A stretch of 64,000 nucleotides of DNA from Deltaproteobacteria bacterium. Its GTDB lineage: Bacteria; Myxococcota_A; UBA9042. The position numbers and the translations under genes are program-made. The stretch is from assembly GCA_016875335.1 (NCBI GenBank), contig VGRO01000004.1, positions 32,158 to 96,157 on the forward strand. Direction: 5' to 3'. The notes beneath the pieces were generated by a model that saw only the letters and a list, made by a program, of their open reading frames with translations, was not told the DNA's origin and searched no databases. Shown here piece by piece: positions 56,652 through 64,000 of this stretch (its first letter is position 1; each line of letters starts with the position of its first letter).

Positions 56652-57989
56652 TCAGCGCGCGCCGGGATCGTCCAGCGCATCGAGGAACCCGACGATGAGT
56701 TCGGCGGCCATGCCGCGATCGGGCAGGCTGCCCATCATGCCGTACATGGCCGCCTGGCCGTCGTCGGCTGCGGGCATGCCGCGCACCTCGTCGGCGCTCC
56801 GGCGCAGATCGGCGAGGAAGGCCTGGACGTGCGGCGCATGGGCGGCGGTGATCATGGCGTGCAGCGCTGGCGGCAGTTGCTGGCGGTCGAGATGCCAGCC
56901 TCGCGCCTGCATGGCGTCGCCCAATCGATAGACATCGCCGTCGTCCATGGTGAAGGCGAACACAGTGGCGTCCGGTGCGCCGAGCACCCGCAGGCCAGCA
57001 ATCGCCGCGATACCGTCCATCATGGCCCGGGCAGCGGCGAGGCTCCCGCGTGCCAGGCCGAGGTAACCGTCCTGGCCCAGGTGGTGCAGGACCGCCCATG
57101 CGGCCGCGATGGGGCCGCCGGGCCGGGTGCCCGCTGCCGACGGTGACCCCCACAGACCGCCCGGCCAATCCGCGTGGCCCATGAACTGATGCTTGCGCAA
57201 CTCGCGATCGCGGTACAGCACCAGCGACGCCCCCTTGGCAGCGTAGCCGTACTTGTGCAGATCGCACGAGATCGAGGTGACGCCGGGCACAGCGAGGTTC
57301 CACGGCGGCAGGGTCCGACCGTGCTCGGCATCCAGCACCCCGACGAACGGCAGGATCATGCCACCCAGGCATGCATCGACGTGGCACAGGGTTCCGTGGG
57401 CGCGGGCCAGCGACGCCAGTTCCGGGATGGGATCGATGACGCCGTGCGGATACGCAACGGAGCTGCCAACCACCAGCACGGTGCGGTCGGTGATGAGTTC
57501 GGCCGCCGCCGCGGGGTCGGCGCGAAAGTCGGCCCGCAGCGGCACCCAAATGGGCTCCATGTCGAAGTAGTGCGCGGCCTTGACGAAGGCAGGATGCGCG
57601 GTCGTCGGCAAGAGCAACTGGGGATGGCGAATGCCCTTTTCTGCGCGCCCCCAGTCGCGGGCGGTCTTGCACGCCATCAACACCGATTCGGTGCCGCCCG
57701 AGGTCAATGTGCCGACAGCATTGGGGTCGCCGAGCAGACCCGCGGCGATGCCCAAAACCTCGGTCTCCATCTGGCGGAGACTCGGAAAGGCCATGGGATT
57801 CAAGGCGTTTTCAGAGAAGCACCGCAAGAAAGCCGCTTCGAGGACCGCCTTGACGTCGTCACCCGCATGGTAGACCAAGCTGAAGGTGCGACCGTCGCGC
57901 CAGTTGGCGTCGCCGGATCGGTAGCGATCGATGGTGGCGAGCACACGGTCGGCCGGCCACCCCGCGGCGGGCAAGGCGTCGATGGACAT
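56652..57989 (-). CDS. PLP-dependent group II decarboxylase / sphingosine-1-phosphate-lyase-like enzyme
   Basis: Fold-type I PLP motifs (TSGGTESVLMA; SISCDLHKYGYAAKGAS with the PLP Lys); 445 aa. Confidence 0.7.
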   Translation of the reverse strand: MSIDALPAAGWPADRVLATIDRYRSGDANWRDGRTFSLVYHAGDDVKAVLEAAFLRCFSENALNPMAFPSLRQMETEVLGIAAGLLGDPNAVGTLTSGGTESVLMACKTARDWGRAEKGIRHPQLLLPTTAHPAFVKAAHYFDMEPIWVPLRADFRADPAAAAELITDRTVLVVGSSVAYPHGVIDPIPELASLARAHGTLCHVDACLGGMILPFVGVLDAEHGRTLPPWNLAVPGVTSISCDLHKYGYAAKGASLVLYRDRELRKHQFMGHADWPGGLWGSPSAAGTRPGGPIAAAWAVLHHLGQDGYLGLARGSLAAARAMMDGIAAIAGLRVLGAPDATVFAFTMDDGDVYRLGDAMQARGWHLDRQQLPPALHAMITAAHAPHVQAFLADLRRSADEVRGMPAADDGQAAMYGMMGSLPDRGMAAELIVGFLDALDDPGAR

Positions 57990-58168
57990 GGCGTTCCTTG
58001 ATGAATCGGGTCGTTGCAGCAGCCCGGCGAACTGCCGACGGCAAGGGCTGAAGGCGGGGCCATGCTGCGTTCAGAGAACCAAGCGCGGCCTGCACGCCGC
58101 GTTCGGCCGCACCGTCCGCGACCGGGCGATTGTACACACCCACCTGGTCGGCGCAAACGTTCTTATTT

Positions 58169-59562
58169 TCAAGGCTTGTTCTGCAGTCTGCCGGCCGCCA
58201 CCTGGGACATCGCGCTCGCGCACAAGGCGAGCAACAGCGGGTCGAGGTAGGCGCGGAATCGATAGTTCTCTCCATGTTCCAAAGTGTTGCCGACTGCAGC
58301 GACCCACAGCGTGGTCCATGCCGCGACGGCGAGCACCGCCAACTCTGGTCGGTGCGGTCCGGCGCGCAGGGCACGTGACAAGCGGGCGGCCAGGATCGCC
58401 AGCGCCACAAGCACACCAAAGGCCAGCACCACTGGCGCCCCGTCGAGTTCGACCAGGGCAAAGCGGGTCCAAGCCACGTGCAGGTCGTCGATCGGCTGTC
58501 GCGCCGGTCGCAAGAAGGGATAGACCCCCACAGGCCGCAGCCACGCAAGCCACGAACCCAAAAGCGCCCGCGCCCAGGCCGCCGGTTCGGCCGCGTAGAT
58601 CGCGATGGCATCCGCAGCCATCTGCCGCGATACATCGATGTAGGCGACGTGGTTGAAGTTGGGCGCGCCCGAGCGCTTGTGCACCGCGCACAGGGCGGGG
58701 TGCGGATCCCGGCACGGCAGCGGCGGCGCCACATAGGCTGTCAACTCACGGAAAGGGCCGATGGCGCCAAACCGCGAAATACGCCCCTGGTCGGCCAGTG
58801 CGCTGCGGACCTGCGGCGAACTGTGGGCGTGCGCGGTGCGCAAAAGACTCATCCCCGCCCATGAGCTGGCGTTGGGGCTGCCAAACTGCGCCAGGTTCTT
58901 GGCGTATGGCAGGACCATCAGGCCGATCGCGACGCTGGCTGCCGCCCAGATGCGGCGGCGATCGGTCGGGTGGCACCAAGCCGCGAGCGCGAACAGGCCC
59001 ACCGCCCACAGCGGATGGAACAGGCTGCGCAGCCAGCCCAAGGCGACGACGACGCCTGCGACGGCCATCCAACGGCGCAGCGACGTCTGCACTGCGGTCG
59101 GCACGAGCCAAATCAGCGCGGTCACCAGCAAGGTCACCGGCAGGTCGTAGAAAAGCCAGTGCGCAAGGAGCCAATAGCCAGGACTGGCCATCAGCAGCGC
59201 CCCGGCCAGCCAGGCCGTGCGCGGTCCAGCGCCCAAGCGCAACGCCAATCTCCAGGTCAGCAGTCCTCCGACCGCGCCCATGGCGTCCAGGCCGAGGTGA
59301 ACGACCCAACCCTGCGGGTCGATGCCGCCGGCCAACAGGGCAGCCACAGTCGCGTTGTACAGCGGCGGCTGGGCGTGCAGGCGCCACAGCGTTCCCAGCG
59401 GGTCGGCGCGGAGCCATGCAACGTCGACGAGTTGCCAGGTGCGGTCGAGCGGTGCAAAAACGCCGACACCGCGGTGATGGACGAAGGCACAGAGGGCGAC
59501 CCACAAGGCGACCAGGCCGAGCGCAGGAAGCCAGGTTGTTCGAACACGTTCGCTGGGCGTCA
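58169..59562 (-). CDS. polytopic integral membrane protein (GT-C/DUF2029-like; putative glycosyltransferase)
   Basis: Start MTPSERVRTTWLPALGLVALWVALCAF at 59562, with GAGGGGG upstream. At least 10 TM helices. It lies in the same minus-strand gene string as the DprE2/DprE1 homologs. Confidence 0.45.
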
Positions 59563-60123
59563 TCACCCCCTCGCGGGACCCGGCAGCATAGCGCGCGCGC
59601 CCGACCGAGCGCATCCGTCGCTGGACCGACTGGTCGATGGTGTCTTTTTTCGAACTCACAAAAAAGGACGGTGACGGTGGGCCTGTGGACTGCGGGGACG
59701 ACGTCGAAAATACCCGTTGATAGAGGGGGTTGCAGGCGATCTGCCTGTGGACTGGGTCGTGAAGAACGGCGTATTCGTCCCCAGGGCGGAGCGGACCTGT
59801 ATGCGTCATCCCCAGGCCTGGGGATGGTCGGCGACGGATGCACAGGCTTTTTCACAGGGCGCCATTCAAGAATGTGAAGATCTACCTTGAACACTTGAAA
59901 CATACACGGTTTATTTCAAGAACGCCATGTGGAAGACACCCGTTGCTCGTGCGGAGCAGCCCACGACTGCCGCGCCGCTGCCTTGGTTCCAGGGCTCCGG
60001 GGACATTGGGAGGTTGACACTGCTGGTTCGGTGGCGTACACTTTCGGCCCCGCTGGCCTTTGCGCCAGCCCGCCACCCTCGCGCAGGGGGGCATCGGGTT
60101 GTCAAAGGGTTGCCATCTTGCTT

Positions 60124-60195
60124 GGGCGAATAGCTCAGCGGTAGAGCGGCGCCTTTACACGGCGTTGGCCGCAGGTTCGATCCCTGCTTCGCCCA
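60124..60195 (+). tRNA. tRNA-Val (anticodon UAC)
   Basis: Cloverleaf folded by hand: acceptor GGGCGAA/TTCGCCC; D-arm GCTC-AGCGGTA-GAGC; anticodon arm GCGCC-TTTACAC-GGCGT; T-arm GCAGG-TTCGATC-CCTGC; discriminator A; no encoded CCA. Confidence 0.85.
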
Positions 60196-60221
60196 CTGCC
60201 GCAACCGTGGTCTTCAAAAAC

Positions 60222-60295
60222 GGAGTGGTAGTTCAGTCGGTTAGAACGCTGGCCTGTCAAGCCAGAGGCCGCGGGTTCAAGTCCCGTCCGCTCCG
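60222..60295 (+). tRNA. tRNA-Asp (anticodon GUC)
   Basis: GGAGTGGTAGTTCAGTCGGTTAGAACGCTGGCCTGTCAAGCCAGAGGCCGCGGGTTCAAGTCCCGTCCGCTCCG closely resembles canonical bacterial tRNA-Asp. Anticodon loop CTGTCAA. Confidence 0.85.
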
Positions 60296-60301
60296 CCCCA
60301 A

Positions 60302-60420
60302 ATTCAGTCGCACAGCCGCCCCAGATTCAGTCGCGCAGCAGTCCTCAGGCTCAGTCACGCAGCGGGCCTTGGATTCAGTCGCGTAGCGGGCCCCAGATTC
60401 AGTCGCGCAGGCGGCAGGGG
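60302..60420. repeat. five tandem degenerate 23-25-bp direct repeats (consensus ATTCAGTCGCGCAGCGGGCCCCAG) immediately 3' of tRNA-Asp
   Basis: Units start at 60302, 60325, 60348, 60373 and 60397, are contiguous with no spacers, and share the core TCAGTC(G/A)CGCAG. Confidence 0.8.
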
Positions 60421-60474
60421 CGCCCGCGGCGGCGCGGCTGTGGTCGTTTTCTGCTGTTTCGTCCGCCCGGGGAG

Positions 60475-61158
60475 GTGGTCGTGTTGCAGTTGCCCGGGAT
60501 GGCGCTGGCTTTCGCATCCCCCCTGCCGCCGGCCTTGACGCGGGTCCTCGACCGCGAAGTCCTCGTATCGCTTGGACAGTTTGGCCGGTGGGGACGCTTC
60601 GTGCGACCGGTGCACCTCAAGATCGCCGCCGATCCTGCCATGCTGCGCGGGGCAGCGTTGTTGCCGACAGCGCTCGATTTGCGCGGCCTGTGCCGCGGCG
60701 ACGACGTCTGGGTGCTCGACCCTGCCGCATGGCCCGACCCACCGACCGACCGCGAGTTGGCGGACCTCTTGCTGCACGAACTGGCCCATGCGATGTGGAA
60801 CCAGAGTACGGCCCCGGCTGCCGGTGTGGCGCCTGTGACGCCGCCCACTTGGTTTCGAGAGGGTTTTGCGGTGGTCGTCGCCGAAGGAGCGCCCCCAGCC
60901 GCAGCCCGGCGCGCGATCGACGGCGCCACCTTGGCGCATGCCGCGTACGCCGACGATGCCGCTATCGTCAACCTGGGGCCGGTGGCCTACACGGCCGCGG
61001 CGGTGGCGTTCGACGCCTGGATCGCACGCTTCGGTCGCCGCGGTCTGGCCGCGTTGCAGCGCGGACTGCGGGCCGGCAAGTCGTTCGGACGCGCGTTCGA
61101 GTCGTCATGCGCCACCACCGACCGGGCGTTCATTGACGACCTGTGCAAGAGGGTGTAG
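60475..61158 (+). CDS. hypothetical protein with HEXXH zinc-metallopeptidase-like motif
   Basis: ...DRELADLLLHELAHAMWNQ... (HELAH). No signal peptide seen; the start is uncertain (GTG upstream possible). Confidence 0.45.
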   Translation: MVVLQLPGMALAFASPLPPALTRVLDREVLVSLGQFGRWGRFVRPVHLKIAADPAMLRGAALLPTALDLRGLCRGDDVWVLDPAAWPDPPTDRELADLLLHELAHAMWNQSTAPAAGVAPVTPPTWFREGFAVVVAEGAPPAAARRAIDGATLAHAAYADDAAIVNLGPVAYTAAAVAFDAWIARFGRRGLAALQRGLRAGKSFGRAFESSCATTDRAFIDDLCKRV

Positions 61159-61407
61159 CCGAATCACGTTCGTCGCGCGATCGAAGCGCCTGCAGGCGGA
61201 TCGCGAGCGCGCCCGGAGCGACCGAGCCAGCAGCACACCTTTGCGGACGGGGAGGACGCAAGCAGCGAGATGCCAAGGATCTTCGGCCGCAGCAGGACGG
61301 GGTTTCGGCTGCACCCTCCAGGATGTTGTCATTGAACTGACGCGCGCCGCCGCGGTTTGCCCAGGATCTCTTTTGCGCTACGGTAGCCGCCTGCGCAGGG
61401 GGCGACC

Positions 61408-64000
61408 ATGGCCAACGACGACGACAAGACCGACCCATCCGCGGCACCGCCAACCATCTCACCAGCCGGTCAACGCCGCCGCGACAAGTACTCATCCACG
61501 CTAATGTTGACTCCGGGCATGGTCGATTTGCCGCCCGAGATGATCGCGCGCATGGCCATCGCCCAAGCCAGCGTGCCGCAAGCGACTGCGCAGGTCGACG
61601 CGGCAGCGCGGGTAGCGCGCGAACGGGAACGCCTGGAACTGGCGAGCAAGCGCAAAGTGCACTGGCGGCGCTGGGGACCCTACGTGTCCGAGCGTCAGTG
61701 GGGGACGGTGCGCGAAGACTACTCGGCCGACGGCAATGCGTGGTCGTATTTGCCTTTCGATCATGCCCATTTGCGTGCGTACCGCTGGGGCGAGGACGGC
61801 ATCGGTGGTCTGTGCGACAACCGCCAGCGGCTGTGCTGGGCCCTGGCGCTGTGGAATGGCAAGGACCCGATCCTCAAGGAACGCCTTTTCGGCCTCGCCG
61901 GACCCGAAGGCAACCACGGCGAGGACCCCAAGGAACTGTACTGGTACACCGATGCCCTGCCCAGCCACTGCTACGGCAAGATGGTGTACAAGTACCCGTG
62001 CGAACGTTTTCCGTACGAGGCGCTGCGGGCCGAGAACCGCCGCCGCGGCAAACTGGACCCCGAGTTCGAGCTGCAGGACACGGGCGTTCTGGACCATGGC
62101 TACTTCGACGTGGTCATCGAGCACGCCAAAGCCGACGTCGACGACGTGTTGCTGCGGGTGACCGCGACCAACCGGTCGAACGAACCGCGCACGCTGCACT
62201 TGCTGCCGACGGTCTGGTTCCGCAACACCTGGTCGTGGGACCACGGTGCGGCCAAGCCGGTCCTGGCCAAAGGGCCCACGGACGCCGCGGTCGGTCGCCT
62301 GGACCTGGACCACCCGACGCTGGGCAAGCGCTGGTACTACGTGCAAGCACCAGGGTCGTGGTTGCTGACCGAAAACGAGAGCAACGGTGAACGCCTCGGC
62401 TGGTGGCCCGCGCTGCAGCCGCGCGCCCACTACAAGGATGCCTTTGCCGACGCGGTGTTGCACGACGACTTGGACGCCTGTCACCCACACAGCGGCACCA
62501 AGGCCGCCTCCTGGCATGTGCTGCACCTGGCGCCAGGGCAGACCCAAGTGGTGCGCTGCCGGCTGTGCGATCAGCCAACCGAGGCGCCTTTTGCCGAGTT
62601 CGAGGCGGTCTTCGCCGAGCGCACGGCCGACCTCGACGCCTACTACGCCGCCGTCGGATCGACTGGCATGACCGAGGACGAGACGCGGGTGTTCCGCCAA
62701 GCGTTGGCCGGGTTGCTGTTCACCAAGCAGTATTACGGTTTCGACCTGCGGCGCTGGTTCGACGGCGATCCCGCCCAGCCCAAGCCGCCAGAACGCCGCA
62801 AGCAGGGCCGCAATGCCCACTGGCTGCACCTGCACCACGACGATGTGCTGTCGATGCCTGACAAATGGGAGTACCCGTGGTACGCGGCATGGGACCTGGC
62901 GTTCCATTGCGTGGCGTTCGCGCTGGTCGACGCCGACTACGCCAAGCGCCAACTGCGCCTGATGCTGCGCGAATGGTACATGCACCCCAATGGCCAGATC
63001 CCGGCCTACGAGTGGAACTTCGGCGACGTCAATCCGCCGGTCCACGCCTGGGCGGCGTGGCGCGTGTACAAGATCGAGCAGCGCGCCACCGGCAAGGGCG
63101 ACACCGACTTTTTGGAGAAGATTTTTCACAAGCTGCTCATCAACTTCACCTGGTGGGTCAACCGCAAGGATGCCGAGGGCAACAACGTCTTCGAAGGCGG
63201 TTTCTTGGGGCTGGACAACATCGGCGTCTTCGACCGTTCGGCGCCGCTGCCCAACGGCGGACGCATCGAGCAGAGCGACGCCACCAGTTGGATGGCGATG
63301 TACTCGTTGAACCTGCTGGCCATTGCCCTGGAACTGGCGCGCACCAACAAGGCCTACGAGGACGTGGCCAGCAAGTTCTTTGAACATTTCATGTACATCG
63401 CCGACGCGATGCGCACGACCCACCTGTGGGACGACCAGGACGGGTTCTTCTACGACGTGTTGGCGCTGCCCGGCCACCAGAAGATGCCGATGCGCGTGCG
63501 CAGCATGGTCGGCCTCATCCCGCTCTTCGCCGTCGAGACGATCAGTGACGGCGTGCTGGAGAAGTTGCCGCGTTTTCGGACGCGCCTGCAGTGGTTCCTC
63601 GACAATCGCCGCGACCTGCACCAGACCGTCAGCCAGATCGCGCAGGTCAACGACAAGGGGCTGCGCCTGCTCAGCGTGCTCGACGAGACGCGCCTGCGGC
63701 GTATCGCCCAGGTCATGCTCGACGAAGCGGAATTCCTCAGCGATTACGGGGTGCGCAGCTTGTCGCGCGCCCACAGCGACCGGCCCTATGTGCTGGTGCT
63801 CGACGGATCGCGCCACGAAGTGCGCTACGACCCGGCCGAGTCGTCCACCGGCATGTTCGGCGGAAACAGCAATTGGCGCGGGCCGATCTGGTTCCCGGTC
63901 AACTTTCTGGTCATCGAGGCGTTGCAGCGCTTCCACTACTACTTTGGCGATCGCGTCCTGGTCGAGATGCCGAGCGGATCGGGCCATCGCGTCAACCTCG
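61408..64000 (+). CDS. MGH1-like glycoside hydrolase (GH63 / six-hairpin glucosidase family), 3'-partial; runs off the window end
   Basis: My own translation from ATG 61408 (AGGGGG RBS 7 nt upstream) stays open for >860 codons to the window end: MANDDDKTD...[55 protein letters not shown]...[67 protein letters not shown]... These are typical GH63/MGH1 motifs. It is not in the ORF track because it has no stop. The listed minus ORF 61501..63987 is its antisense shadow. Confidence 0.65.
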   Translation, partial: MANDDDKTDPSAAPPTISPAGQRRRDKYSSTLMLTPGMVDLPPEMIARMAIAQASVPQATAQVDAAARVARERERLELASKRKVHWRRWGPYVSERQWGTVREDYSADGNAWSYLPFDHAHLRAYRWGEDGIGGLCDNRQRLCWALALWNGKDPILKERLFGLAGPEGNHGEDPKELYWYTDALPSHCYGKMVYKYPCERFPYEALRAENRRRGKLDPEFELQDTGVLDHGYFDVVIEHAKADVDDVLLRVTATNRSNEPRTLHLLPTVWFRNTWSWDHGAAKPVLAKGPTDAAVGRLDLDHPTLGKRWYYVQAPGSWLLTENESNGERLGWWPALQPRAHYKDAFADAVLHDDLDACHPHSGTKAASWHVLHLAPGQTQVVRCRLCDQPTEAPFAEFEAVFAERTADLDAYYAAVGSTGMTEDETRVFRQALAGLLFTKQYYGFDLRRWFDGDPAQPKPPERRKQGRNAHWLHLHHDDVLSMPDKWEYPWYAAWDLAFHCVAFALVDADYAKRQLRLMLREWYMHPNGQIPAYEWNFGDVNPPVHAWAAWRVYKIEQRATGKGDTDFLEKIFHKLLINFTWWVNRKDAEGNNVFEGGFLGLDNIGVFDRSAPLPNGGRIEQSDATSWMAMYSLNLLAIALELARTNKAYEDVASKFFEHFMYIADAMRTTHLWDDQDGFFYDVLALPGHQKMPMRVRSMVGLIPLFAVETISDGVLEKLPRFRTRLQWFLDNRRDLHQTVSQIAQVNDKGLRLLSVLDETRLRRIAQVMLDEAEFLSDYGVRSLSRAHSDRPYVLVLDGSRHEVRYDPAESSTGMFGGNSNWRGPIWFPVNFLVIEALQRFHYYFGDRVLVEMPSGSGHRVNL

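Noticed and set aside
60302-60420. CRISPR array
   Set aside because: The units are contiguous with no unique spacers and are degenerate. No cas genes are present. This is a tandem direct-repeat array, not a CRISPR.
61501-63987. 828-aa minus-strand ORF running to the window end
   Set aside because: It is antisense to an open plus-strand frame (61408..end) with clear GH63/MGH1 motifs. The minus product is V/Q/R/A-rich with no domains.

Overview
The window is about 70% GC and is densely coding on both strands. Several hallmarks point to a myxobacterial (Myxococcota/Polyangia-like) chromosome: very large Cys-rich repeat lipoproteins, a MYXO-CTERM-like motif, many lipobox signal peptides, and an archaeal-type MC1 gene. 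This taxonomic call is an inference from content, not a database hit.

Conserved housekeeping genes include yajC-secD-secF-recJ, yqgE/algH, truA, asd, asnS, an HU/IHF-family gene, a PP2C phosphatase, a soluble lytic transglycosylase (Slt), xerC/D, yaeQ, an M20 peptidase, and tandem tRNA-Val(UAC)/tRNA-Asp(GUC).

Between these lie lineage-specific accessory modules:
- A roughly 2,240-aa Cys-rich-repeat/beta-propeller lipoprotein whose frame is broken at an A6/T6 homopolymer.
- Three tandem paralogous ~800-aa Ig-like-repeat lipoproteins that share an acidic C-terminal domain.
- A four-gene polyamine-type operon: a pseudo-dimeric AdoMetDC-like decarboxylase, a LolA-like protein, a small Cys-motif protein, and a membrane-anchored aminopropyltransferase.
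- A single 794-aa protein carrying a B12-binding-like domain plus two radical-SAM cores.
- A DprE1/DprE2 (polyprenyl-phospho-ribose to arabinose epimerase) homolog pair flanked by GT-C-like polytopic membrane proteins, which suggests a polyprenyl-P-arabinofuranose donor pathway in a Gram-negative organism.

Two real edge genes (1..1177 minus, 61408..end plus) are absent from the supplied ORF track because they have no in-window stop. Many long ORFs in the track are antisense shadows of GC-rich genes.
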